Below, piece after piece: positions 35,969 through 45,661 of a DNA stretch of 64,000 bases. The translations under genes were made by a program, and so were the position numbers. How positions within the stretch are numbered: the stretch's first letter is position 1; every line of letters begins with the position of its first letter. The stretch spans positions 701 through 64,700 of the forward strand of contig JAFDJA010000006.1 of the NCBI GenBank assembly GCA_019307745.1, in the 5' to 3' direction. The notes below the pieces were generated by a model, which was given only the letters and a program-made list of their open reading frames with translations, ran no database searches and was not told the origin of the DNA. Source of the DNA: Deltaproteobacteria bacterium. GTDB lineage: Bacteria; Desulfobacterota; DSM-4660; Desulfatiglandales; HGW-15.

Positions 35969-37105
35969 TTACCGCTGCTTTTTATGGCTAATCAACCCCC
36001 CACGGCCCTTGCCTTTTTCCGTAATCCCTTTTGAGATAACCAGGTCCCTGCCCAGAATTTTACCATCATTCAGCACATCCCTGTTCCTTCTAACAGCCCT
36101 TCCGCCAATTGTCCGAATGTATGGATATCTGTATTTCACATGTTCCTGCAAAAGGGGATCTTGAATCCTGATAATGCCGTGAACGCGCTTGCTTTCTACC
36201 CTGCTCTGAGCCTGCTTTTCCAGCTTGGAACGAAATCCTTCTATAATACCCACGGCAAAATCGGTCTTACGGTATCTGTTCAATCCCCTGGTCCTGTTAT
36301 ATCTGTTCCACTCTGAATCGATAAAATGGAGCACATAGTCATGGACATAGGAGGCAATCTTTACATTTTGCATGGTTCCACTAATCTCAAGGACATTCCC
36401 CATTTTACCCTTTTCCAACACATATGAAGAGACCCAGATACCATGGACAAAATAAAAGTCCTGCAGGAGGTTTGCAAGGTGATAGTCTTCACGAAAGTGG
36501 CGTAAACGGGACTTTCCTATAAATATATTAATAAAATCCCTGCTTTGATTGTGTGACAGGAGATCAATGTTGTATTTTGCGATAAATTTGTGGGCCTTTG
36601 CCATAGCTGCCTCGGCCTCATGCTGATTAGGACTCTGTGCCAGGGCCATGAGCTTTTTTACACGGACCATAATTCTGTCTCCATTAGCAGAGGAAGCGTG
36701 CAGGACTCGTCCATCAAGAGGCTCATATCTCCCTGAGGCCTTTGGATTCGCACGAACCATATGACAGGCCTTACGGAACTTCGATCCATGAGGCGGATCA
36801 CCATTGCAATCAAGGACCTGCTCAGCAACCTGATGAGCAATTTCATGGATCAGGACCTCCCGGACCGCGTCCCATGAATGCCTCAGCACCAGATTTCTGC
36901 TCAGGCATATCTCATTGCGCTCCCCGGACCAGAATCCCCACCTGTCCTCCATATCCACAATCCTGAACAAAGGCTTTCTCATCTTTGCCGCACAATCCTG
37001 TTTGAGGACCCACAAGGCCACATCCCATTCACAGGCAAGCCCATGCAGAATCCGCCTCTCAAGTTCCTCCTGGATTACAATATGATCGTTTTTCCCCTGT
37101 GCCAT
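35969..37105 (-). CDS. SprT-like zinc metalloprotease domain plus DUF2786-like domain protein
   Basis: HEIAHQ zincin motif in the N-terminal third. The central VKKLMALAQSPNQHEAEAAMAKAHKFIAKYNI matches the DUF2786 pattern common in plasmid and phage proteins. Confidence 0.65.
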   Translation of the reverse strand: MAQGKNDHIVIQEELERRILHGLACEWDVALWVLKQDCAAKMRKPLFRIVDMEDRWGFWSGERNEICLSRNLVLRHSWDAVREVLIHEIAHQVAEQVLDCNGDPPHGSKFRKACHMVRANPKASGRYEPLDGRVLHASSANGDRIMVRVKKLMALAQSPNQHEAEAAMAKAHKFIAKYNIDLLSHNQSRDFINIFIGKSRLRHFREDYHLANLLQDFYFVHGIWVSSYVLEKGKMGNVLEISGTMQNVKIASYVHDYVLHFIDSEWNRYNRTRGLNRYRKTDFAVGIIEGFRSKLEKQAQSRVESKRVHGIIRIQDPLLQEHVKYRYPYIRTIGGRAVRRNRDVLNDGKILGRDLVISKGITEKGKGRGGLISHKKQR

Positions 37106-37497
37106 GCCGCGGGACTATAGCAGATATCACTGGAGATGTTAATTGATTATTGTGTGTCTGTTCAGAGGCATCAAAACTCAATCATTTATGTTGTAACACA
37201 CGCAATGGAAAAAAAGATATTGCATGCCTCCATTTAAAATTTCAGGTTGATAGCTTGCAAGACTGAGTTTCCGCATAATGCCCCAGAGAGAAATGCCTCT
37301 CCATGGTTTTATATAATAATAACAAGAACTTAATGGACTAAGATCAAAGAAATTTTCCTGTTTTTATATATAATAAATTTTCTCACTTGAAAAATAACTG
37401 GATATTCATTAATATATCCTACTGTTTATATATGGATTGAAACGGTATGGCCTTAAAAAATAAAAATTCAAATTAGGAGAAAAGGGGGTTCGTTCAG

Positions 37498-37929
37498 ATG
37501 AAAAAACGCTTATTAATCTTATTTACAAATATTTTTGTGTGCATGTTCTTTTCTGCCACGCTGATTATTGCAGCGGATATGCCTGAAGAGATAGCTATGG
37601 AATCAGATGTATATTCAACACACAAAAAGCCGATCATTAAGTTTACACACGTAAAACATGCTAAGGATTACAGTATTGCATGCGCTGAGTGCCATCATGA
37701 TTATCAGGACGGCAAAAACATCTGGAAGCAAGGAGATGCAGTATTGAAGTGCAGCGGGTGCCATAGTGGGGCAAAAAAGCCGAAGGATGTGGAAATGAGT
37801 AAAGCGGAAGCAATGAAAAAATACCATTACACCGCCATTCATGCCAATTGCAAGGGATGCCATACTGCGCTAAAAAAAGAGGGTAAGGATACAGGCCCTA
37901 CCACATGCACTAAATGCCATGTAAAATAG
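37498..37929 (+). CDS. Tetraheme cytochrome c3 (class III), periplasmic
   Basis: Signal peptide plus four CxxCH sites (CAECH, CSGCH, CKGCH, CTKCH) with additional His ligands, in 143 aa. Confidence 0.85.
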   Translation: MKKRLLILFTNIFVCMFFSATLIIAADMPEEIAMESDVYSTHKKPIIKFTHVKHAKDYSIACAECHHDYQDGKNIWKQGDAVLKCSGCHSGAKKPKDVEMSKAEAMKKYHYTAIHANCKGCHTALKKEGKDTGPTTCTKCHVK

Positions 37930-37943
37930 CGTGACTGTATTTA

Positions 37944-37987
37944 TAAAAAAAGGCCGCTCTTTTTTAAAAAGAGCGGCCTTTTTTTTA
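37944..37987. terminator. Bidirectional rho-independent terminator
   Basis: A7-GGCCGCTCTTTTT/AAAAAGAGCGGCC-T9 lies between the convergent cytochrome c3 and ferredoxin genes. Confidence 0.75.
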
Positions 37988-38052
37988 TAAATACCGAGGT
38001 CTCTAATAAATAAAGTACCAGGGGTTATTATAAAATCAACATCCTGAAAATA

Positions 38053-38250
38053 TTAATTTTCTGTGATTTTGATAGCTTCCTGGTCACATACTTCAATACA
38101 ACTCTCACAGCCCAGACACTCTTCCGCATTCACTGGTTCAGACTTGCCATCTACCATCTCATAAACATCTACCGGGCAAACCTCAACACACTCTTCACAA
38201 CCTTCACATTTAGCTTTATCAACAACTACCTCATATCCCATATTATACAT
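38053..38250 (-). CDS. 2x[4Fe-4S] ferredoxin
   Basis: 65 aa with CEGCEECVEVCP and CLGCESCIEVC motifs. AGGAGG lies upstream. Confidence 0.9.
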   Translation of the reverse strand: MYNMGYEVVVDKAKCEGCEECVEVCPVDVYEMVDGKSEPVNAEECLGCESCIEVCDQEAIKITEN

Positions 38251-38673
38251 CCTCCTATAATTTTCTGTGATTCCAACTAGTTACTATACTTTGATACATT
38301 TTGTCAAATATTTTCTCGCTAAGAATTTTGAATTGATTAACAAAGTAGGGTTGGGGTGTCAAGCTTTTATTTGCTATTTTAAAACATGCCCTGTCCCTGA
38401 TCCTGCGTGTTAAACTAAACAAAACGCCGGAGAAGCTTAGATTTATTGAGAGCATCTAAAGGCTAATGACTGAGATAATATGAAAAATCCGGCACAGGCT
38501 TTGTGGGTATCGGCTTATTGAAAGTATACAGGTCTCAAGTTTCTCTCCCGCATAGCCCTTCAGGTGCCCCATATCCGGCGCCTCCTCCCTATGAAGTCTA
38601 ATTCATCATACGTGTTTAATTTGGGTGAACTCGGCAGAAAACCCTAAAGACAGAGGCACAGGGAGAGCCAGAA

Positions 38674-38706
38674 TAAAAAAAGCCCTGCTCCAGAGAGGAG
38701 CAGGGC
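38674..38706 (-). terminator. Rho-independent terminator of the dsr operon
   Basis: The minus strand reads GCCCTGCTCC-tctct-GGAGCAGGGC followed by T8, 26 nt after the dsrP stop. Confidence 0.75.
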
Positions 38707-38731
38707 CTAAAAACATATACAAGGGGTTTGA

Positions 38732-39895
38732 TTAAGGATTGACCTCTTCCTTAACCGAAATAACAATCTTATAAAGAATTGTGATCACCAACGCACCTAT
38801 TGCCCAGACACCAACAGAGATGCCTATCTCAATTGAAGTGGGCATATATTCTGTTATCGCTTCAAAGGGATTAGGAATAAAGCCACCCAGGACAAGACCA
38901 AAGCCCTTGTCTATCCAAGTGCTGATTATTACTGCCCCACAGGCAATCATAAGACCTGTTTCATTATTCCTGAATGACGGTACAATCAGCAGAACAAGAG
39001 AAAGGGCTCCGAAAACGGTTGCCGTCCACATCCAGGGCACCAGGGCATTATATCCATGCAGTCCGGAGAACAGGTAAACCAGCGAGTGCATATGGCCTGG
39101 AATTTGTGAATAAAAGGCGGTAAAGCACTCAAGGCCAAAACAGAACACGTTCAGAATCATTGCATAGGCAACGATTTTACCCAATGTATTTATCTGTTCT
39201 TTGCCCGGATCAAATCTGCTCACCTTCCTTATTATCAAACACAGGAGGATAAGGATTGCCGGGCCTGACGCAAATGCCGATGTCAAAAAACGTACAGCCA
39301 TAACCGCGGTGAGCCAATAGTGTCTTCCTGGTATGCCCGCGTAAAGAAAGGCTGTTACCGTATGTATGCTGAATGCCCATGGTATAGAAATATAGGTCAG
39401 GACCTTAACCCATTTGGGATAGGGAACTCCTTTTCTTTCCGCGGTAAGCACATTCCATCCTATAAGGAGGTTAAATATAAGATAAGTATTGAGGACAATC
39501 ATGTCCCAAAACAGGATGGATTTGAGATTCGGATAAATCATTATATTCATCATGCGAGGAAGGTTGCCCAGATCCACCATTACAAACAGGCCGCATATGA
39601 TAATAGCTCCCACCGCAAGAAATTCACCAAGGATGGTAATCCTGGAAAAGGCCTTGTAATCATGCAAATAGCACGGAAGCACAACCATAACACCTCCGGC
39701 GGCAACACCTACAAAGTATGTGAGCTGACCGATATAAAAGCCCCAGGAGACATCCCTGCCCATCCCTGTAACCATAAGACCATCTACAAACTGTACTGAA
39801 TAACACGCAGCTCCAACTGCCGTGCAGAGAATCAGGAATCCTATCCATCCCCAATATGACTGACTTCCTTTTATCGCCTTATCAAGCATAATCAC
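38732..39895 (-). CDS. dsrP: DsrP, NrfD/PsrC-family integral membrane quinone-interacting subunit
   Basis: ~10-TM ORF, last in the dsrMKJOP order. The track start is GTG at 39895; an alternative ATG at 39889 is preceded by GAGGTGA. Confidence 0.85.
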   Translation of the reverse strand: MIMLDKAIKGSQSYWGWIGFLILCTAVGAACYSVQFVDGLMVTGMGRDVSWGFYIGQLTYFVGVAAGGVMVVLPCYLHDYKAFSRITILGEFLAVGAIIICGLFVMVDLGNLPRMMNIMIYPNLKSILFWDMIVLNTYLIFNLLIGWNVLTAERKGVPYPKWVKVLTYISIPWAFSIHTVTAFLYAGIPGRHYWLTAVMAVRFLTSAFASGPAILILLCLIIRKVSRFDPGKEQINTLGKIVAYAMILNVFCFGLECFTAFYSQIPGHMHSLVYLFSGLHGYNALVPWMWTATVFGALSLVLLIVPSFRNNETGLMIACGAVIISTWIDKGFGLVLGGFIPNPFEAITEYMPTSIEIGISVGVWAIGALVITILYKIVISVKEEVNP

Positions 39896-39896
39896 C

Positions 39897-40700
39897 TCAT
39901 ACTATATAGTAGATATTGGGCGCTGTCCCAAGTTCAGGTTTACGTCTGATCACATAATTTTCGCGAAGAAGATCTCTTACCTCAGAGTGCGGATCAACCA
40001 GGTCTCCAAATGTCAGCGCGCCCCCGGCCAGTTCATTTGCCGCTTCCACACACGCGGGGAACTCACCCCTGGCAAGCCTCTCTGCACAAAAATTACATTT
40101 CTCTACCACTCCCTTCATCCTGGTGGGATAGTCCGGGTTAGTGGGGAAATGGGGATTGAGCTTTTGGGGGGCCTTTCTAGGGTCGCCCCAATTAAAACTC
40201 CTGGCACCGAAAGGACATGCTGCCATGCAAAATCTGCAGCCGATGCACCTGTGAGGATCCATCATAACAACACCATCCTCTTCTCTCTTCCATGTGGCCT
40301 TTGTCGGGCATACCCTGACACAGGCCGGATTATCACAGTGGTTGCAGAGGAGAAGAAAATTTTTCTCTTCAAATTCCTCATCAAAATAGTCGTGCTCCTG
40401 ACCGGGAAAGGAGTGCCCGAATGTATCCTTCCATACCCATTTTATCTCTATCCTGGGATTTCCCCAATCAGGCACATTATGGATTCGGTGGCACGCGGAC
40501 TGACAGGCGTCCAAAACCTTACCGGTCATCTTTGCTGTATCAACAACCATACCGTATTTATTTCCTTTGACCAGGGGAAGCTTTTCTATTGAGGCCTCAG
40601 CCTCTCCCGGGGCGAACAGACCAAACGCTGCTTTTCCTCCCAGTGTCATTGCAGCGGAGAGCCCGGCTACCTTAAGAAAGTCTCTTCTCTTCATAGGCAT
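39897..40700 (-). CDS. dsrO: DsrO, periplasmic 4Fe-4S ferredoxin-like subunit with Tat signal
   Basis: RRDFLKVAGLSAA twin-arginine signal. Several CxxCxxCxxxCP-type clusters (CNHCDNPACVRVCP, CIGCRFCMAACP). Confidence 0.85.
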   Translation of the reverse strand: MPMKRRDFLKVAGLSAAMTLGGKAAFGLFAPGEAEASIEKLPLVKGNKYGMVVDTAKMTGKVLDACQSACHRIHNVPDWGNPRIEIKWVWKDTFGHSFPGQEHDYFDEEFEEKNFLLLCNHCDNPACVRVCPTKATWKREEDGVVMMDPHRCIGCRFCMAACPFGARSFNWGDPRKAPQKLNPHFPTNPDYPTRMKGVVEKCNFCAERLARGEFPACVEAANELAGGALTFGDLVDPHSEVRDLLRENYVIRRKPELGTAPNIYYIV

Positions 40701-41101
40701 TATTTATACTCCTTAGGCTCAATATGGCAGTCCCAACAAATGGGCGTCACTCCCATATAGTTGTGACACCTGTCACAGAAATCAACCTTATTGTAATGAC
40801 AATCCATACATGTTGTCTGAAGACTCTTGTAATGTTCCTTGCCATTGCTGCTTGTGTAATATCTCTCTCCATCCCGGACCACCTCGTTCCGCCACTGGTC
40901 CAACAGTTTCATATGCTGGGTCTTCATAAACTCTTTTGTCTCAATACAGACGCCGGCTTTTTTGGCGGTTTCTGTGAGCAAAGGTTCCGGAACTACTGAG
41001 CCCTCTCCCACAACGATTGTCTGATACAAGACCGGGAAAAACGCCAGCACAACAAAGATAATAAGCCCGGTTATAATTTTTCCGCTATCATACATCCGCA
41101 T
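40700..41101 (-). CDS. dsrJ: DsrJ, triheme periplasmic cytochrome c
   Basis: N-terminal anchor helix plus three CxxCH sites (CMDCH, CDRCH, CWDCH) in 133 aa. Confidence 0.85.
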   Translation of the reverse strand: MRMYDSGKIITGLIIFVVLAFFPVLYQTIVVGEGSVVPEPLLTETAKKAGVCIETKEFMKTQHMKLLDQWRNEVVRDGERYYTSSNGKEHYKSLQTTCMDCHYNKVDFCDRCHNYMGVTPICWDCHIEPKEYK

Positions 41102-42731
41102 CCTCCTCTAACTCTTCCTCTTCCATTCCGGGGAGAGTTTCACTACGCAGATCAGTTGTTCTCTTCTGTTCTCCTTCAAGAATCAGGGCATTTGCCACCA
41201 GCTCGTGAAGGCCTGTGACCTCTACTTCAGGCACCCAGTACCCCATAAGGTCACTAAGGGCTGCCCTGTCAATGGCACAAATCGTGGCCAGCATGTTCAC
41301 GTCATATTTTTCATGCACATACTTTACCGCGTTTGCCCTGGGCATTCCGCCCCTCATCCTGAGCTCCATATCTTCTCCAGCATTAAGGCCTGACCCACTT
41401 CCGCAGCAGAAGGTCTTTTCCCTGATGGTATCTTCAGGCATCTCATAAAAGTTATTGCACACACTCTTAAGCACATATCTGGGCTCATCCAGCAGTCCCA
41501 TACCTCGCGCGGGATTGCAGGAGTCATGAAAGGTGACTTTAAGGTGGTCGTTCCTGCTCGGATCAAGATTCAGTTTGTTGTTTTTGATCAGGTCCGCTGT
41601 AAACTCCGCGATGTGAACCATCTTTGTGGATTTGGCATTTTCAAATCTTGTGCCGGTTATGGATGACACCGGGGCCTCCAGAAAATCTGCAGGGCCATTG
41701 AATGTATCCATATACTGATGAATCACCCTCCACATGTGTCCACACTCACCTCCCAGTATCCACTTGACGCCAAGACGTTTAGCCTCCGCGTACATCTTGG
41801 AGTTGAGTCTCTTGGCCATCTCATGGGATGTAAAGGAGCCGAAATTTCCGCCCTCTGACGCGTATGTAGACCATGTGATATCAAGACCCATGCCCTTCAA
41901 GTAATGAAAAAGCATAAGATAGCCCATGCATGTATATGTCCCCGGATCAGCGAAGACATCGCCTGAAGGTGTAATAAAAAGGATCTCCGCGCCCTTTCTG
42001 TTCAGGTCAGGCTCTACCTTGATTCCAGTGATATCTTCAATATCGTCGACAAAGAAGTCGATCATATCTTTGAATGCGTGGGGCTGGATTCCCAGATGAT
42101 TTCCCGTGCGATAGCAATTTGCCACAGGAGCGGCGATCCAGTTTATGTTCAGACCGATCAGATTCAGAAGCTCCCTGCCAATATAAGTGATCTCGGCAGT
42201 ATCGATACCATATGGGCAGAACACAGAACATCGTCGGCACATGGTGCACTGGAAAAAGTAAGACCACCACTCTTTAAGTACATCCAGGGTCATCTCTCTA
42301 GCCCCGGCAAACCTGCCCATGATCTTTCCAGCCAGCTTATACTCCTTTCTGTAGACAGACCGGAGAAGCTCTGCCCTGAGAACCGGCATGTTTTTAGGAT
42401 CACCACCGCCAATAAAGAAGTGGCACTTGTCCGAGCAGGCGCCGCATCTTACACATATATCCATGAATATTTTGAGCGATCTGAATCTATCTATGCGCTC
42501 TCTGAGCCCATTAAGGATGATCTCCTGCCAATTTTCAGGCAGCTTCCAGTCCTCTTCCAGAGGATCCCAGTCTCTGGCATTTGGCATGCCGACATACGCG
42601 AGCTCTTTTTCCTTGGCGCCATAGCAGGCAATTCCTGGTTTGATCTCAACAGGACTGTCCATCCAGCCACCGGTAAGAGGAGGGCTGTGATCAATCTGTA
42701 CCAGTTCTTCTGGCTTGGGAACATCTGACAT
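41088..42731 (-). CDS. dsrK: DsrK, HdrD-like catalytic Fe-S subunit (CCG domain)
   Basis: CVRCGACSDKC and CTMCRRCSVFCP ferredoxin motifs. C-terminal CCG motif (FCCGSGSG). 547 aa. Confidence 0.9.
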   Translation of the reverse strand: MSDVPKPEELVQIDHSPPLTGGWMDSPVEIKPGIACYGAKEKELAYVGMPNARDWDPLEEDWKLPENWQEIILNGLRERIDRFRSLKIFMDICVRCGACSDKCHFFIGGGDPKNMPVLRAELLRSVYRKEYKLAGKIMGRFAGAREMTLDVLKEWWSYFFQCTMCRRCSVFCPYGIDTAEITYIGRELLNLIGLNINWIAAPVANCYRTGNHLGIQPHAFKDMIDFFVDDIEDITGIKVEPDLNRKGAEILFITPSGDVFADPGTYTCMGYLMLFHYLKGMGLDITWSTYASEGGNFGSFTSHEMAKRLNSKMYAEAKRLGVKWILGGECGHMWRVIHQYMDTFNGPADFLEAPVSSITGTRFENAKSTKMVHIAEFTADLIKNNKLNLDPSRNDHLKVTFHDSCNPARGMGLLDEPRYVLKSVCNNFYEMPEDTIREKTFCCGSGSGLNAGEDMELRMRGGMPRANAVKYVHEKYDVNMLATICAIDRAALSDLMGYWVPEVEVTGLHELVANALILEGEQKRTTDLRSETLPGMEEEELEEDADV

Positions 42732-42733
42732 AT

Positions 42734-43843
42734 CTACTCCTTTTCTGTTTCTTCTTGTGACCCGGCTTCTTCAGCTTCAGGCATCTTTTCCACGGGCAAT
42801 CCCACTTCTACCATCTTCTCCCTGAATTCTTCCTCATACTCATCATAGGTGTGGACCTTGACATGATAGTCCCATGGATTGACATGCCTGACAGCCCTGT
42901 TGTTGTTAGCTAAGACCCTTGTGGGACTCAGGAAGATCCCTCCCATGTGCATGAGCTTGCTGAACGGGAAATAGACAATTAGTGAACATATCAAAAACAG
43001 ATGGATAAAAAATAAAACACCAATCCCGTCAGGCACGGTCGGGCTAAAAGAGACAAGACCCATTGCCAGCTCTTTTACAGCAACCACCTGAACAGTAAAG
43101 ACATCTATGTTAAAAAGAAATTGTGTGAAAGCTCCCGCATAACGCATCATGATACCGGTCCCAGCGATCCCTAATATAAGGAAAAGGGGGAAATAGTCCG
43201 CGGGAAGGGATATGTAACGTACCTGTGAGAGATACAGCCTTCTCAGCAGGAGGTATGCAACCGCAGCCACAAGCACCAGACCTGAGATCTGAACACCCGG
43301 AAGCGTAAAGCCGGGGAATGGCGCAATACCTATCTCGATAAAGCCATCAATCACCTCAACCATATGGATACACCAAGGTATTGGATCAAAAAAGAACCTC
43401 AGGTGCCTTAGTACAACGCACAGGAATGAATAGTGAAAGGCCAGGGCAGCAATCCACAGCCACTTTTCCCATTCATAGGTTACCTTATCACCCTTTCTGT
43501 ACTCAAGAGAGGTGTTCCTGAATAGCGACCGGAAAAGAAGTACCTCAAAAATCATCCGCCCTATTACACCAAGTGTGTTTGAAGGGTTGTCCATTTTGTT
43601 TTGTTTGATCCACGGAAGGGATTTCTGCTGGCCAGCTGTGGTAGGAATGCGGAAGGGATTAGGAGACATCGACCAGTTAATGACACGGTAAACAAACCCT
43701 GCGACAAACACAAACACGGCAAAGTATGGTATGTACACACCGAAAATCCACTGAAGATCCAACACTCCGACCCCAATCCATGGAATCAGGGTGAGAACAG
43801 TAACCATGACCAGGGAAAACAGGATGCTGATAATAAAATTCAT
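42734..43843 (-). CDS. dsrM: DsrM, NarI-like diheme cytochrome b membrane subunit
   Basis: Polytopic membrane protein, first in the dsrMKJOP order, with an acidic cytoplasmic C-terminal extension. Confidence 0.85.
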   Translation of the reverse strand: MNFIISILFSLVMVTVLTLIPWIGVGVLDLQWIFGVYIPYFAVFVFVAGFVYRVINWSMSPNPFRIPTTAGQQKSLPWIKQNKMDNPSNTLGVIGRMIFEVLLFRSLFRNTSLEYRKGDKVTYEWEKWLWIAALAFHYSFLCVVLRHLRFFFDPIPWCIHMVEVIDGFIEIGIAPFPGFTLPGVQISGLVLVAAVAYLLLRRLYLSQVRYISLPADYFPLFLILGIAGTGIMMRYAGAFTQFLFNIDVFTVQVVAVKELAMGLVSFSPTVPDGIGVLFFIHLFLICSLIVYFPFSKLMHMGGIFLSPTRVLANNNRAVRHVNPWDYHVKVHTYDEYEEEFREKMVEVGLPVEKMPEAEEAGSQEETEKE

Positions 43844-43957
43844 TTGCTACCTCGTTTCATTATAAAATCACTTGATGATGAATTGAGAAATCCAATCCCA
43901 AACCAGCAGTCCTTGTTTATTGCCGTATGGGACTCTACAAACTTTATAATACAGTTG

Positions 43958-44506
43958 TCACTCCGGCTGATCCGGTCTGACTTCATCCCATTCAGGGACT
44001 TCACTTATAAGACCACTCTTCTTAAGAAGCTGAGACACTTCCCTTTTAATCATATCCGCCTTGATCTCGTATATCTTCTCCCTGCACTTCATATGGATAT
44101 CAAAGGCGATGAGCATAAGGTCATCTATCCTGGTCTCAAATTCTAAAAGTTCTCCTGAAAGGCTGTTTACCCTGATCTCCTCTTTCAACTCTCCTCGAAT
44201 CGCCTTTTTCAACAGGAACACAAAGGAGACCGATTCAGAGGCTGAAAAATCCTGGATAGACCTGATCCTGATTATATTATCAAGGATGGGGGTGACCATT
44301 TCAGGCGATAGCTCTTTTTCATCTACGACCAACTGAAAAAGCCTCTCTGTAGTAGCCGCGAGCTCATATCCGACCGGATTGGCGAATTGATCTTTCCGTC
44401 TTGTAAGAAACCTCCTGGTATCGGCATGGTAGGAGTTAACAATAGCTTCCAGCCATCTTTCCAGTATATCGGATTTTTTTTGTGACAGTAATTCTGAAAG
44501 CTTCAT
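43958..44506 (-). CDS. RsbRD N-terminal-domain-like protein (putative regulator/accessory protein upstream of dsrM)
   Basis: 182-aa soluble helical ORF. The N-terminus KKSDILERWLEAIVNSYHADTRRFL...DQFANPVG resembles the RsbRD_N family. It is on the same strand, 115 nt upstream of dsrM. Confidence 0.5.
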   Translation of the reverse strand: MKLSELLSQKKSDILERWLEAIVNSYHADTRRFLTRRKDQFANPVGYELAATTERLFQLVVDEKELSPEMVTPILDNIIRIRSIQDFSASESVSFVFLLKKAIRGELKEEIRVNSLSGELLEFETRIDDLMLIAFDIHMKCREKIYEIKADMIKREVSQLLKKSGLISEVPEWDEVRPDQPE

Positions 44507-44573
44507 ATCTACCCTGTTTCCAAGAGCTTACTTGCAAAAATTATTGATCTTTATAGACTAATTCGCGGTTGCG

Positions 44574-44602
44574 AATATAAAAAAAATGGGTATCCCTGTC
44601 AA
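44574..44602 (-). promoter_or_regulatory. Sigma-70-type promoter candidate for the RsbRD_N-like gene and dsrMKJOP
   Basis: The minus strand reads TTGACA-N17-TATATT. The -10 element lies 68 nt upstream of the ATG at 44506. Confidence 0.5.
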
Positions 44603-44845
44603 GAGAAATGATTCACAAACCATGAAGATATAAGGAGATTATACGGCATGAAGCCATATAAAAGATGGCTACATTGACTCAGCAAAACATCCGAAAAAAC
44701 ACAGCAAAATACCTATCTATCCATATTCCCATATCTGTCAAAAAAGATCTTTTCAGATTGCAGGCCCTCCATTTGATTCTTGAGGCATTGTAATCCGCCA
44801 GGCAGAAATACCAAAAATGGAAAACAGGAAATGAGAAGGCACTAT

Positions 44846-45376
44846 CTACACTCTGTAGCTTTCACATCCATGAATGGCCTCAATTCTTCCATAATAGATC
44901 CTGTGAAAATCATTTTCCGGGTAGCCCTTCTCTATTTCAGAATCAAGAAAGCCTTTAGGGTCCATATCTTGAAAATAGATCTTGGAGCACTCTATGATCA
45001 ACTCAGCCTCTTTGAAACCTGGAGCCGCAACAATTTCTGATTTCACGGGATTAAAACCCGCTTCCGCAATCTTGTCGCCATCACGACCGGACACCCTGCC
45101 CAGGAGGAGGACCTCCTTACGATATTCTTCCGGGAACAGACACAGGGTAAAGGAATCATAATTTTCCATGAATTTCCTTGTGTATCTGGAGGGTCTGACC
45201 ACCACCTGCGCGAAAGGCTTCTGCCACATGATTCCCAGGCTTCCCCAGCCCACGGTCATGGCGTTAAATTCCCCCGAGCTGAAGTCTCCGGCACACAGAA
45301 GCATGGCCTGCCTCTGCCAGATCTGTATCGGATTTGTCAGAAAATCATTGATTTGAATTGGTGTTCGCATTGTCAT
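44846..45376 (-). CDS. Flavin reductase-like (FMN-binding split-barrel) protein
   Basis: 176 aa. NAMTVGWGSLGIMWQKPFAQVVVRPSRYT is typical of the flavin reductase-like domain. Confidence 0.7.
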   Translation of the reverse strand: MTMRTPIQINDFLTNPIQIWQRQAMLLCAGDFSSGEFNAMTVGWGSLGIMWQKPFAQVVVRPSRYTRKFMENYDSFTLCLFPEEYRKEVLLLGRVSGRDGDKIAEAGFNPVKSEIVAAPGFKEAELIIECSKIYFQDMDPKGFLDSEIEKGYPENDFHRIYYGRIEAIHGCESYRV

Positions 45377-45535
45377 AGGTATCCTCCTGCTGAATGGCGT
45401 CTATATTTGACATTAGTGCCCGTAATATCATAAAATCAACACAGCGTGTCAAGTTTCCTGACCGTCTCCTGGAAGAATGCTTTTATAAACTTCGAACAGG
45501 ATTGCATATAAAAGAGAGTTGAAGTGGATTTTTTA

Positions 45536-45564
45536 TTGACCTTGTATTATGATTCTGTTAAATA
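45536..45564 (+). promoter_or_regulatory. Sigma-70-type promoter candidate for the tRNA locus
   Basis: TTGACC-N17-TAAATA lies ~30 nt upstream of the pseudo-tRNA/tRNA-Asn tandem. Confidence 0.45.
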
Positions 45565-45591
45565 TCCTTGGGTTTTAGTGAACCTGAACAT

Positions 45592-45661
45592 TTCCGGTAG
45601 CTCAGTTGGTAGAGTCCCGCTAAAGCGGGATTAACCACTTGCTAATCGGTTGTAAATATGA
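45592..45661 (+). pseudogene. Degenerate tRNA-Asn paralogue (pseudo-tRNA)
   Basis: CCGGTAGCTCAGTTGGTAGAG (acceptor 3' part + D-arm) is identical to the adjacent tRNA-Asn. The anticodon-stem 5' half is replaced by a TCCCGC-taaa-GCGGGA hairpin. TTAACCAC-TTG-C is retained, and the T-arm and acceptor 3' strand are decayed. Confidence 0.55.
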
